Source: Octopus sinensis
Taxonomy: Eukaryota
DNA length: 64,000 nt
Reading direction: 5' to 3'
NCBI RefSeq assembly: GCF_006345805.1
Contig: NC_042997.1
Coordinates: 149,544,001-149,608,000, forward strand
The notes below the pieces were generated by a model, which was not told the origin of the DNA, searched no databases, and worked only from the letters and a program-made list of their open reading frames with translations. The position numbers and the translations under genes are program-made. Positions 1 to 12,759 of the stretch are shown piece after piece. Each line of letters starts with the position of its first letter. Position 1 is the first letter of the stretch.

Positions 1-76
1 TGCTTTCATGCCAACATAACAAAATGGAAATTTATACATACAAACACAATCATAATGATGGACAGGCGAACATGGG

Positions 77-149
<73 letters not shown>

Positions 150-756
150 GACAGGGAGAACAATAGAGAGACATGCTCACAGATCGCTGGATAAATACAG
201 TCATATATACATACATATGCACCTGCGCGCACACACGCATACACACAAACACACATATTTATTTATATTGCATACGATTTCATCCACAACTGCTTATACA
301 CAGACACACCTAATGTGTAACTTCCTGCATTTAGGCTGAAAAGAAACAGAATTTCCTTAGGAAATTCGGCTTGAATTCACGTGGCCTAGTGAATTAGACA
401 TAACAAATAATTTTTTTTTTTATATGATATTATGAAGAAAGCAAATAATTTGCCTATTTCATATATTCAAAATTTCATTAAGAATGTCTTTGTTATCAGA
501 AAATAAACAAAATAATGACCTTTACATTCTGATATTTTGATGTTCTCGTATTTGCATTATCACTGTGTCGATGTCGAAGAAATCATACCAATATAGCTTT
601 ACGAGTATTAGTAAAAAAATATTGCCTTCATCAACAATATTCTTTGTCCAACATTTAAAATTTGAACACCGCATATTGAAGTTATTACGATTACACCAGT
701 TGAAGCATGGTGAGAACTATTGAATGCAAATAAACTAGGTTATATATAATATATAT

Positions 757-820
<64 letters not shown>

Positions 821-822
<2 letters not shown>

Positions 823-863
823 CGCAGAAGTGGGTGTGTGGTAGGTAGTTGCTTACCAGCATA
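821..863 (+). mobile_element. 5' stub of tRNA-derived SINE (family 1, GGCGCAGGAGTGGC-type head)
   Basis: GGCGCAGAAGTGGGTGTGTGGTAGGTAGTTGCTTACC matches heads of other copies in the window (7584-7988 rc, 22563, 45668); truncated by the adjacent element. Confidence 0.7.
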
Positions 864-1784
864 TGTCGCTAGTTGTCCTGTTGCTTACAGAGAGAGAAGA
901 CGCGAGCTTTGGCACCGTGAATAGAAAAAAAAGAACAAAATGAAAAGTCGTCAAGGTGAGATGTTTTTTTTTTTTATTTTGTCCGAGGTTGGTGTGAATT
1001 TATTGCCTTTTCTATTTTTCAGCAAGTTCCTGCCTAGCTCTAGGGCAATTTCGTCTGTCTTGGAGTGGGAAATTATCCCACCCAAGCAGTGGTTAAAAGA
1101 TATGGAGGAGAGGAAGGTGGTGGGTAGAACTTACTCTAAAGTTCTCGATACCATCACCGTCTTCCCAAAACCAACTACTGAAACTTTTTATACATGAGAA
1201 TAAATTGAGATAGCGCATAAAGATCTAATACTAGATAGTAATCGTATAATGGTGTATAAAGAGCTAATACTAGATAGTAATCGTAAAAAAAGTATTAAAG
1301 AGGTAAAAAGGGTTAAAGAGAGAGTAAGATGTATAAGAGGGTCTTATGTTTGCATAAAAAAAACTAATATTCCTTAGTATGTATTAAATATAAGGCAGGA
1401 AAATAAGTAAATATAGAAAGATAGTTGCTAATATTACAATTTAAATAGTAAATACTTGCTGTAGTTATAAAGATGAAAGACGTGAAATTGAAATAGGGAA
1501 AAAATGTAGTAATACGGAAAAATAAATAAATCAATGTAGGGAGATAAATGAGGTGAGAATGAAAATAGTAAATAAGTAAAAAGGTTTATTTTAGTTATAT
1601 ATTCATGTACAAGGTTATACAGTAGCTGTGTTTTAGTATAAAAAAATTTTATTATGAGGTAAATACTAGCTTAGTATTATGTGAACGGGATATGCAGTAA
1701 TAGTTGGGTAGTATTGATATTCAAGTAATGGTAGAGTATAGTCAATTATGTACATAAGAAAACATAGGAGTGCACCCTCCTACA
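864..1784. mobile_element. Unclassified ~920 bp element, candidate solo LTR
   Basis: Begins TGTCG, ends CTACA (TG...CA); strong A-rich strand skew; 22-bp internal direct repeat at 1225-1246 and 1264-1285; no TSD found. Confidence 0.3.
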
Positions 1785-1785
1785 T

Positions 1786-1827
<42 letters not shown>

Positions 1828-1854
1828 AACAAAATAATATATAAACATATGCAT

Positions 1855-2330
1855 ATATACATACATATATGTACATACCTACATATCTATATGTATATAT
1901 ACATGCATATAAAGGACACCAAAAGAACGTTGAATAAGAAACGAAAAATTAGAGTAAAACACATACAACACAAGGAATATTCCCCTTCTCCAGTTGTCCC
2001 TGTTTCGGCTACTCCGCGTTTCGAAGGATAAGGATAAGACGCGATTTCGTTTAAACTGTCCTTCCCGCAAAGCAAATTAAATAAAATTTGGGATTTTTTG
2101 CGGAGGGGTAAAAGTGGTAAGAAAAACAGGACAGTAAAAACAAAACAAAACAGTAAAAACAATACAATTAAAACACTAAAAGACATGACGAGGAGAATAA
2201 CACAGTAAAAACAAACGATGAGGGTTGTTAAGCCGTGACGATGGAAAAATTATTTTGAACGCATTGAGAAGACGGCTTACGAGAAGGACAGGATAAGCCG
2301 TATTGACTTGTTGAAGGTAGCAGTATATAA
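1855..2330 (-). mobile_element. Penelope-associated terminal repeat-like copy
   Basis: Clearly similar to 42990-43330 (TATATGTACATACCTACAT...AAAGGACACC...GAATATTCCCCTTCT.CAGTTG.CCCT.TTTCGGCTACTCCGC.TTTCGA); the Penelope assignment is inference. Confidence 0.5.
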
Positions 2331-2334
2331 TGTA

Positions 2335-2528
2335 TGTGCTTGTATGTCTGTGTTTGTCCCCCACCATCGCTTGACAAGCGATATTGGCATGTTTGCATCC
2401 CCATAACTTAGCATTTCGGCATAAGAGACCGATGGAATAAGTACTAGGCTTACAAAGAATAAATCCTGAGGTCAATTTGTTCGACTAAAGGTGGGGCTCC
2501 AGCATGACCGCAGTCAAATGCTTGAAAC
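2335..2528 (+). mobile_element. SINE family 1, 3' half
   Basis: GTGTTTGTCCCCC...GACCGATGGAATAAGTACTAGGCTTACAAAGAATAA...CCAGCATGACCGCAGTCAAATG. Confidence 0.85.
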
Positions 2529-2529
2529 T

Positions 2530-2880
2530 TGCAGCTGAAATCACCTGATCAAGCAATTTTCCGGACAATCTACTGAACCCCATATCAATAGCTTCATTAC
2601 GGACGATATAGATTTGCAAAACCACCTGCCAAATACATAAAGAACAAATTAAGTGACAGTCATGCCATCCTTTGATATTGTGTACCTTTTGCTAAAATCC
2701 CACACGACTATGGAATAGAAGCAATCACATTCCCTTTGAAAAAGTATCAACAAGGGACTCATAACTGAAGAATTAAATTGTATTCTCCAGAATAATTATT
2801 TCATATTGATCACATTTAATCTCGACAGAGATGTAGAATTACAATGGTACCAAAATTATATTTATATCTAATTAATATTA
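2530..2880 (+). mobile_element. Penelope-like RT relic, left part
   Basis: Frameshifted translation gives HINSFITDDIDLQNHLP, SFDIVYL..KIPHDYGIEAI and a GTAMGTK-like segment, typical of PLE RT. Confidence 0.75.
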
Positions 2881-4708
2881 CCGGGGTTTTTCGAAAATCC
2901 GGCCATCCATCAGATCGCCCATGGGCGTTTATTGGATGGGCGGTTATTTGTGGTTAAAAATTGAAACAGAGTTAGTGTTCTTGTTTGCATTCTGTTTAGA
3001 CGTTTATTTGCTGTATGTCTGTAAATAAATTCAAAGGATTTTTATTTCCAATAACGGAGTCGAAAGAAAATATATCAAAACGTATTCAACGATCATATAC
3101 CATTAGTGAAAAATTGAATGCTATTAAACTAGTGAAAGAACATTCTGGCAATTTATCTGCTGCGTCAAGAGACAGGTATTGATGAAAAAAGATTGAGAGA
3201 ATGGTGCACAAAAGAAACCGAGTTAATCAATATGTCAGACAAGATGAAGCGCAGATCAACTGGTGGAGGTAGAGGACCCACACATAGAGATCTAGAGATC
3301 GAACTCTTACAGTGGATTGTTGTTCAGTGCCCAAACAATAGAGTTGTAAATTATCGCCGTTTACGGGAATATATTTTTGAATTGGTAAAAAGATTTGGAA
3401 TTGAAATGAACAGTTTTAGATGTTCTGATAAATGGATTTTCAATTTCATGAAAAGGAATACACTGTCTGTAAGAAAGATTACTCTTGTTGGTCAAGCAGA
3501 CAATAAAACACTTGGAGAAAAGGCACAAATCGCCAGTGACTATCTAGATGGCATTCCAGTATTAACAGCAGATAAGGATGCTGACCAGATTTATAAGTTC
3601 AACAGCCATAGACTTTGTTGGCAATAAAAATGTTGATATTAGACACTGTAGTGCTACCAAAGCTCATTTTATTGCTGTGTTAGTGCTGCAGGAAAGGTGT
3701 TGAAAGCAATGATTATCCGTAAAGGATTGAAAAACGTGCCTAAAATCATGGTTCTAAAGAGTCTCCAACAGGGGATCAATCACATATGAACTCATGCAGC
3801 TGTAGGCTGACAAATCTTTTAGGCAGAGAAGAGCACAACAATTCCATGCTCAAAATTCAGTGCTATTCATGGATGAATGCTCAGTCACAAGAAAACAGAG
3901 CTCCTAGAAGGGTTCAAACGTAGGAATACAATTCTCAAACTTATACCTCCTAAAACAACATCTTACTTGCAGCCGTTAGATGTATCAATTATTGGTCTTT
4001 CAAGAAAGCCATTCGCGCTGAATGGGAGAATTAGTTTTGAAATGGCGAAAAAGGAGTACACAAATAAAGGATTTGTGACCCAATCTGTTGCCACTTTCAA
4101 AAGAAAAAAACTATAAAGCGTGCTTTTGAATGCTGGTGAATTGCTCTTCGCGGAGAGTCTGTAGAACATAGCCTTTAAACTCACGCTTATAGGATGTTTT
4201 TTCTAGCCTTGAGATAAATGTGCCAGATGCACATAATGAAAAAAAACTGAAGATGAGATACAAGTAAGTAAAATTAGCACTGATGTGAATTAAGGCCAAG
4301 CAACAAATGAAGAAATTCTTGACATTTAACTTGAAGCTATTCGGTTACTATTCTACCATAAATGCCGAAGGCTTCGACTCATGTTTTCAATAGTTTAATT
4401 TTCAATATTTCTTAATAGATTCAGTGTTAACTTTAGAATATTTTTATATAAAGGTATTTCTTTTATGGCTGTTTCAGTTTCTTTATGTCCGTTTATCTGA
4501 TAACTGAAACGATAGAAGTTCAATGGAATTGTTTAAAATAAATATGGTTTCTGCGAATATATTTGTTTTTCCTAGGGGAAATATTTTACTTCTATATTAC
4601 TGCCCATGGTCGCTTATTATAAGTGGGCAGTTATTTAAGCCTAAAAATAGTTTTGTAAAGTCGAGTTTTTCGTTTAACAGCCCTAGGTGGATTTTCGGAA
4701 AACCCAGG
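2881..4708 (+). mobile_element. pogo/Tigger-type DNA transposon (Tc1/mariner superfamily), full length, decayed
   Basis: TIRs CCGGGGTTTTTCGAAAATCC (2881) and GGATTTTCGGAAAACCCAGG (ends 4708), TA on both sides; transposase relic RSYTISEKLNAI, LREW, GGGRGP..DLEIELLQWI, FRCSDKWIFNFMKRNTLSVRKIT, IPPKTTSYLQPLDVSI. Confidence 0.92.
3054..4270 (+). pseudogene. CENP-B-like HTH + DDE_1 transposase pseudogene
   Basis: ORF pieces 3193-3627 and 3877-4116 plus upstream HTH; several frameshifts and stops; presumed start codon reads ACG. Confidence 0.85.
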
Positions 4709-4710
4709 TA

Positions 4711-5220
4711 CCACAAAAAGAATTATTACAAAACTATGGATACTCCTTTTTACCAATATATAAGAGACAGTGGAAAAGACAATGAGATAACTGCTTTATC
4801 ATTTGGAATGAAAGTATTAATAAACTATTCAAATATAAAACACTGCTCAATGGGATAAATATGATTATTCAATTCAGAATGGAATACTGCAAAAAAGTCA
4901 GTTACGAAATTTGAGCCTATGCCATCGGAAACATTAAAATAAATATTCCTTTCAATTTAACGAAAAGGAATTGTTCAATAGTGAGTGATAGAAATACCCA
5001 GGAATTGCGACTTCAAGATACATTAAGCACATACACAAGTACATAATGGGATAAAACATGCTAAGAGAATTCATATCCAGGCCCTATGGGAAGTGTAAAA
5101 ATATTATACACAAGATTTACAAATATAATCCCGTATATTTACCGAGGACCATAGAAGCAATGAGGCAACTAAATCATTATTCAAAATATTGAGATGTTAG
5201 AGGGATCTACAACTGAACTT
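4711..5220 (+). mobile_element. Penelope-like RT relic, right part
   Basis: YGYSFYQYIRDSWKR..DNCFIIWNES (decayed WKRYLDDCFIIW motif) and NIPFNLTKR thumb-like segment; continues the RT interrupted at 2880. Confidence 0.75.
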
Positions 5221-5268
5221 TAGAAATTTCATTCCTCTATTTGCGAATGCAATGGAGCACAGTCTGTA

Positions 5269-5661
5269 GGAGGCGCAATGGCCCAATGCTTAGGGCAGCG
5301 GACTCGAGGTCGGAGGATCGCAGTTTCGATTCTCAGACCGGGCGTTGTGTGTGTTTATTGAGCGAAAACACCTAAATCTCCACGAGGCTCCGGCAGTGGT
5401 GGTGGTGGGGGGTATCAACTCCTGTTGTACTCTTTCGCTCCAACTTTCTCTCACTCTTTCTTTCTGTTACTTGTCCCCGACTTCCTACGCAACCGCTGAG
5501 CCTGGAGGCGCATTTATCCATCCGTCGAAGTTCTCGGTGTCGGGGGTGACCTGCTTTCTCTTCTGCGGGTCTTACGAATAGCAAAGGACCACGTTTCGGA
5601 CTTCTCCCATCTTGCGAGCTCTGGGACGAAGACCATTCGCTCAACAACAACAGCAACAGCA
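5269..5661 (+). mobile_element. tRNA-derived SINE family 2, near full length, CAA-repeat tail
   Basis: Head GGAGGCGCAATGGCCCAATG...GTTTCGATTCTCAGACC with A/B-box-like motifs; tail ACCATTCGCTCAACAACAACAGC. Confidence 0.8.
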
Positions 5662-6479
5662 TCGTCTGCATATCAAACGTGTAAATCATGAGACAACCTT
5701 TATTGAAAACTATCGAGCACAGTTGAATATGAACATATATCCAATTATAGAATATGTAACTATTTTAGTACATATATATCTTTTTGATCGACATGTATTC
5801 AATTTACTTTCCAAAACAGTGATATTTACATCTCCTCAATATAAGGATTTTAATCAAGACTACCCCACCTAAAATTGGAATTAACCCCCCCCCCAATTAA
5901 TTTACAAACTATTGTTTTCCCTACTAACATGTAACGAAAAAATCATGATAGCAAGAAATCATAACATTGTCCTTAACTACTCTGCAAGATGAGAACAAGC
6001 GAAACCGGTCGACTCTGTAAATACTTTATTTCATGAATACATATTGTTTTTTCTACAATAACATTTCTATGCATTTCATTCGTTTCATATTTTTACTCTG
6101 TGTGTGTGTTTGTGTGTAAATGTGTGCGTGTAAATGTGTATGAGTAGACAGAGAGAGAGGGGGGCAAAAGAAGGAGGAGATGAGAGAATGCATATTAAAT
6201 CAGGTAGTTGAAGGCGTATTACAAGATTAGCGCGGTAACAGCCACACTTTAGTAATAGGTTTCAACCGTATCATAGAAGCACCTTCTGAAGACATATGTG
6301 TGCTATGCTAAGGGCAATAGTCATAGAATGCAAAGTTACAAAAGAATGCAAAGAAAGGAAATACTGCAGTATAACAATGGAGCGGCAGAGTATTTGTTTA
6401 ACTGACTAACTGATATTTTTGTTTATATATATATATTCGTATATCCATAGATCCACACACACACGCGCACGCACACACA

Positions 6480-6540
<61 letters not shown>

Positions 6541-6552
6541 ATGTATATAATC

Positions 6553-6587
<35 letters not shown>

Positions 6588-6682
6588 CATATAGGTATAT
6601 AATCATATATATATATACTAGTGTATATATATGTATGTGTGTGTGTGTGTACGTGCATATACACACACATAGACACTTACAA

Positions 6683-6748
6683 CGCGCTGCCCCAGAGTGG
6701 CCGCATTCTAATGACCGAAACGAGTAAACATAACAGATAAAGATAAGA
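6683..6748 (+). mobile_element. SINE family 1, 3' tail only
   Basis: GCTGCCCCAGAGTGGCCGCATTCTAATGACCGAAACGAGTAAA. Confidence 0.6.
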
Positions 6749-6779
6749 AGCATATACATACACACACATACACACACAT

Positions 6780-6961
<182 letters not shown>

Positions 6962-7583
6962 GCATTTATACAGGTTCATGTTTATGCATGAGTATACATC
7001 TATAGTTTTGAATATAGTTGTGTGGATGTACGTGTCCATTGCAAACATTTTATGTAACTTTCTCTTCAAAAGAGCCATATGTTTGAGTTGATTTTGCGTT
7101 GCTTAGCTGCCTGGCGCATTTTATTAAAAATGTATTCAAAATGTTCTTAATGTATAACGTTACATTACAGAATGGAACTGTTTCTCTGTTACGTAAGCTA
7201 TCACAGAATAGTGAATTTTACTTGAATGAACTTTTCTTTCCAACTATATTTGTAAATAGTTTTGAGATTGCATGTATATTAGCTGCAATTTTATTACAGT
7301 TTTTACTTCACTTATTCTGCATGCATATTTAGATTTTTTTTCTTTTACTATTTTAGTTTTTGTTATGGTGGATTGTGAATATTTTTTTTTCCTTTTCATA
7401 ATTCGAAATTTTTGCAGTTCTCTTCTGATCTGTTGTGAATGTCACATGGATTTTCGTGTGTTTATGACTTGTTTGCTTGTGACTTGTAATATATTGATAA
7501 CTGAAATAACTAAAGTCAATATTTTCTGTCATCAATACTTGTGCATGTGTGTTTATATATGTGTTTATATATGTGCATATATA

Positions 7584-7988
7584 CTCTTTTCCTCTTTTAC
7601 TTGTTGCAGTCATTTGACTGTGGCCAATGTGGAGCACCGCCTTTAGTTGAGCAAATCGACCCAAGGACTTACTTTTTCGAAGTGTAGTATTATTCTATCA
7701 GTTTATTTTGCCGAACCGCTAAGTTACGGGGACATAAGCACACCAGCGTCGGTTGTCAAGTGATGTTGGGGGGACAAACACACACACACAAACATAAACG
7801 CACACATTCATATATATATACATATATACGACGGCCTCCTTTCAGTTTCCTGTCTACCAAATCCACTCACAAAGCATTGATCGGCCCGAGGCTATAGTAA
7901 AAGACACTTGCCCAAGGTGACACGCAGTGGGAATGAACCCGGAAGCATGTGGCTGGTAAGCAAGCTTCTCACCACACAGTCACTCCTG
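7584..7988 (-). mobile_element. SINE family 1, near full length
   Basis: Reverse complement carries head, central AT/CA microsatellite and ...GACTGCAACAAGTAAAAGAG tail. Confidence 0.92.
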
Positions 7989-8134
7989 TATATATGTGTA
8001 TAATATATATATATATATATATATATATTTATTTATTTATATATATATATATTATATATATATATATATATTATATATATATATTGTATATCCCTGTATA
8101 TTTTGAGAGATAAATAGATGGAAATATAAATAAA

Positions 8135-8155
8135 TAGACAGACAGACAGACAGAC

Positions 8156-8241
<86 letters not shown>

Positions 8242-8242
8242 G

Positions 8243-8335
<93 letters not shown>

Positions 8336-8336
8336 G
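8135..8336. repeat. (ACAG)n/(ATAG)n microsatellite
   Basis: Direct reading. Confidence 0.98.
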
Positions 8337-9189
8337 CATGTAAGAATGAATGCAAATATAATATGGTTGGTATAACTCGGAGTTGAAATATATTTGCTTA
8401 TACAACAGCTTGTATGCCAGTTAAATGTCGGACACAGTAAAAAGTAATAAAATATTATTTTCTTAAACATATAACGTAAGTTTTATTCACTTGCGTTTCT
8501 GGAGTTTAAACCACTTTAACTGTAGCCAGTTGAAATCACAAAATGTGTGAGGATCAAGCATTTTTAATAGTTATATACTTTATGAAACGTTACGTATGCA
8601 ATTTTGTGGAAATTTGGATTAATATGAAATGCAATAATTCGAATGTTGTACTTCAAGTAAGATGTGAAACGATATTCTTAATCCAATAAAAGTTTTGCTC
8701 TTGACTTGCAAGTGAAAACAAAAATATCGAAAACCTTATCAAAAGAATACAAAAAGTAGAAGTATTTCTTATTTTATGTCTAATGAAGCCAGTATGCTGA
8801 GTGTATGCTAAAATTGTACTTAAGTAGTAATCATAAAATATAATTTACATGCATTCAGTTACATTTCCCCGATATACCTAAATACAATTATATATTAAAG
8901 TTAGCTATACCCAGCAGTTGGATGAATTTAATTGCCTGACTGCACTTTTTTGAGTCTCATTATTCACGTTCAAAAGCATATGAAGTTTTAATCTTATATG
9001 TTAGGATCGATAGATATTTTGTTTTTACATTTTATGCAGTCAAACTTTGTAACTAGATGCAGTATTAGAACCATAAGGATTCAGAAATCGAAAATGAATT
9101 TCTAATGCTGTTTTGGATAAATTTGGTGTGGATAAATTTGGTGTTGTCCTCATCATTTAAGATACTTATTACTGTTTTACTATTATATC

Positions 9190-9600
9190 ACATATTTACT
9201 ACAGAATGACGAATCAAGTTTCACGGTGACATTTCTTTCTTTGCAAGAATATTCCTTCATTCAGAAGGCGGAGGAATCAAAAATATACAAAGTAAAGAAG
9301 CATTCTGTAAAGAAAATCTACACACAACGAAGATTTCTCAATTCAAATTGAATGCAGGGACTATCATAGAGGCAATCAACTTGGGGACGTTATCAATGAG
9401 ATTCGTTGCTTGAATTACTGAATGGAGAAGTGTTGAGATGAAAAACATTCAACAAACAAGGTGCGACTGAGAACCATGCATAGCTAATCATAAGTCGACT
9501 GGTAACCCTAGTAAAGATCAGAAGTAGGAAGAGGTAACTGAGTATCGACGAGGTAGCAGAACCAGAGAAAGTAGCATCAGTTTTCTATATTGCAAAAAGA
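9190..9600 (+). mobile_element. R4/Dong-like LINE fragment (post-RT region)
   Basis: KLNAGTIIEAIN motif followed by decayed sequence resembling the copies at 62275-63995. Confidence 0.55.
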
Positions 9601-9699
9601 AACAATATTCAGTAAGGAAGTGATACATGAAGGAATAGTTATAGAATTTGAAATAAATAATAAAGGGAAAGCAGGAGAAGTCTCAGATGTCTAAATAAT

Positions 9700-9855
9700 G
9701 CATCAGAGTTGCCCGTTTTTTTTTCCGGCTGCGCGGAGAGGAGTAACGTGAAATGAAGTGTTCTGCTCATAGGCTCAACGCATCGCCCGGTCCAGTAATG
9801 ACCCACAGTCATAAGATCAAGAAGGCGGCACCCTAACCACTGAGTCATAGAGTGA
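9700..9855 (-). mobile_element. SINE family 2-like 5' part
   Basis: GAAATGAAGTGTTCTGCTCA...CATCGCCCGGTCCAG...CACCCTAACCACTGAG is the reverse complement of a tRNA-like head. Confidence 0.65.
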
Positions 9856-9859
9856 CATA

Positions 9860-10152
9860 CTGGCACTCCAACGGTTACAACGACGTGGGTTCTAGCTGAT
9901 CTGAACAACGGAACACGCTGCTCGTGAAATTAACGTGCAAATGGTGTACTCACAACAGAGAGATTCAGCGTGATACAGTGTGACAAGGTCGGCCCTTTGA
10001 AATACAGTTATTACTCATCTTTGTCAGCTGAGTGAACTGGAGCAACATGAAATAAAATGCCTTACTCAAAGAGACAACTAGTCGCCGTAATCGAACTCAC
10101 GGCCTTACAATCGTAAGCCGAATACACTAACGCTAACCAGTAAGCCACGCTT
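9860..10152 (-). mobile_element. tRNA-derived SINE with CORE-like central domain
   Basis: rc reads GCGTGGCTTA...TTCGATTAC...GCTCCAGTTCACTCAGCTGACAAAGATGAGTAA...CACGTTAATTTCACGAGCAGCGTGTTCCGTTG. Confidence 0.7.
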
Positions 10153-10761
10153 ACATATAAGGAGACAGGAAAGTAAGATTTATCGAGTAATTGAAAGATG
10201 CATAATTAATTTCCTACATAGATACCTGTATAGGTTCATATCTAGAGATGGATTTTATTTTTGGCTATTTTGAGTGTCTGTATGTGACAATGAGAGTGTC
10301 CATAAAAAAGGGGCTTTTACATAGATAAGTACAGGAGTATTTGGGTTCAATGGCAGTTACGCCGTCACGTTTGAATCCTAAGGGGAGAACATGCCTCAGG
10401 AAGCTTTCGGTCAGGTACCCATAGAATAAACAAAGTCTACCCAGAATCATATTTGGCCTTATTTTACGACGTTACCGTTTCCAGTGAAAACAGCCGATAC
10501 ATGATATGACGAACATTAGCATCAAACCGGATGCACGGATGGCAGCGCGAAGCGTTACAAAATTCAACACGTCAATAACTGGTTAATATTAGCTGCAGAA
10601 GTGACATATATTGAGTTACTGATCATGTTATACTTTGAAAATCGTATCAGTTGAGAGGATTAAGATGTATTTGATTAATGTGAACGATTTTTTCACATTT
10701 ATATATAGATGAAATAAAACCAAACTTTATTCGTTCCTCACAAAGCGCATCATTTGTTTTA

Positions 10762-10797
<36 letters not shown>

Positions 10798-10989
10798 ACA
10801 CACACACACAAACAAACAAACACACACACACGCACACACACATATAACCGTATAATTACACGAACACATAGAGACTAATACACACACATGCCCACCACCC
10901 ATATAAACATTCTGGCGCACAGACAATATTCCAGGAGAGAATATATGATGGTCGTGTATGCTTTACAAGCATACACGACCATCAAATAT

Positions 10990-11215
10990 TGCAGACAAAG
11001 CTTCTACACTCACTACACCTGCAGTGCACATTCGAGTAGCACGCTCAATTTCTTCATGCCGAATATGTTCTCTCTCAAAAGTCTCGACCTCTTCCTTAAT
11101 CTGCTTTCTCCATCTGTAGCGATGACAGCCATTGTTCTATATGCTAAAGTTTATGTATTTGACCGTTCTTTACAAGACGATATGTGGTCCTGAGCCGGTA
11201 TTTTGTGCTAAAAAT
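10990..11215 (-). mobile_element. RTE-clade LINE 3' fragment
   Basis: rc frame RWRKQIKEEVETFEREHIRHEEIERATR, like RTE ORF C-termini. Confidence 0.6.
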
Positions 11216-12072
11216 ACCCAGATATTGTAAACCTAGCCAAATAGTTTTTGTAACAATTCGAAATATCAAAATTTGGGAATATTTGGGGTTACTCTAAATC
11301 GCTAAATAGTAAGTACATGATGCTTGCAAAAACGAATGAGTGGAAGATGAAAATTTAACGAAAGGAAATCTTTCATTGAATGAGTATATATTACTGATAT
11401 GCACTTGTAGACATCTATTTGAGATCAACATCAGTCGATGTAACCAAGGTCTCAATTATATTTCTGAAGCTTATCGGATAAATGTGACAACAAATATGTG
11501 ACATCGTTTCAGCTCGAATTTCCAACGTTATAGGAACCAGTATGCCAAAAATATAGATTTGTAATAGGAAATCACAAATTTGTGGACAGATACTTGATTT
11601 TTACTCTGTTCAATAAACTGAGAACTGAATGTCCTTTAATTATTTTCACCCAGAATATAAAGGGGAATTACTAATTAACAAAGACTTTTATGCCATTATC
11701 TGCTTACAAAGCTAATCCAAATATACTGTATATCTACTATACAGAAAATATGCACAAAGCGTGTGTGCGTCTATTTTAATTGACGTGGTTCCAATTCTAG
11801 GAGTGAGTTCATCCAATTCACATAGAACAGTGTGTAAAAGAAGAAAGGTTACACAAAGTTTATATCTCTATATCTAGACAAGCAACAATTATGCATTCTT
11901 CTGGGAAATTTTTTCTAATGAGTCCACATCAAATTTCGAGATAAATTTTATAACAAAATAAATCACAGCCATTTTAGCTGAAAAGAATACAGAGAAATAC
12001 ACATTTCCTCAAAGTCTTTTTGAAAAAGATTAATGGATGATAATAATCACTGTTTAGGCCTTAAATCAATAA

Positions 12073-12234
12073 ATGGCAAAACATTTAACATGGATCCGAG
12101 AAGAATCGGGTAAAGATCGCTATGAAATAAAAGGAAATTTCCCACAAGACGTTCAGTTATCAGAGATAATATCCGTGATCAACAAAGCAGTCACTTTCAT
12201 AAATTTCTTGAAGCAACTCATAAAAGAGTTTGCG
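12073..12234 (+). CDS. Candidate upstream exon (coding or 5'UTR) of the + strand gene
   Basis: Acceptor CTGTTTAG at 12057; AATAAATGG start context; 54 open codons MAKHL...LIKEFA ending at consensus donor GCG|GTGAGT; phase 0, compatible with 17477. Confidence 0.3.
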
Positions 12235-12449
12235 GTGAGTGAGTGTTTTGACGTTTCTACTGAGGTTGAAGAAATCGAGTGTACTTGATTGAATGTGGGC
12301 ACTTTTACATTAATAGTGAAAACAAATTACCAGCTAACATAATTTATGGATAGGTTTTAGTGTGCATAAATCTTCAAGCATGCTGCAGCATGATCGAAGA
12401 TACTTGACTGATACAAGTAAAAAATTATATATATTGTATATATATATAT

Positions 12450-12494
<45 letters not shown>

Positions 12495-12564
12495 TATATA
12501 TATAATATATATATATATATTATATATATATATATATGTATATGTATATACATGTATATATATA

Positions 12565-12660
<96 letters not shown>

Positions 12661-12759
12661 TATGCATACATACACACACATACATAGACACTTACGCACA
12701 CAAAGACACCATACACGCATGCACACATGTAAGTGGTGACCAAAATAGAACAGCTGTAC

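Noticed and set aside
541-708. Open frame ending at a GTGAGA donor as first exon of the + gene
   Set aside because: Its phase 1 splice into 12058 hits a stop after 18 codons; no motif
5269-5345. tRNA-like sequence
   Set aside because: It is a SINE head: decayed cloverleaf continuing into SINE body and tail, with related copies elsewhere in the window
10265-10450. Minus-strand ORF MILGRLCLFYG...
   Set aside because: No frame stays open between the nearby acceptor (10377) and donor (10226); no motif recognised
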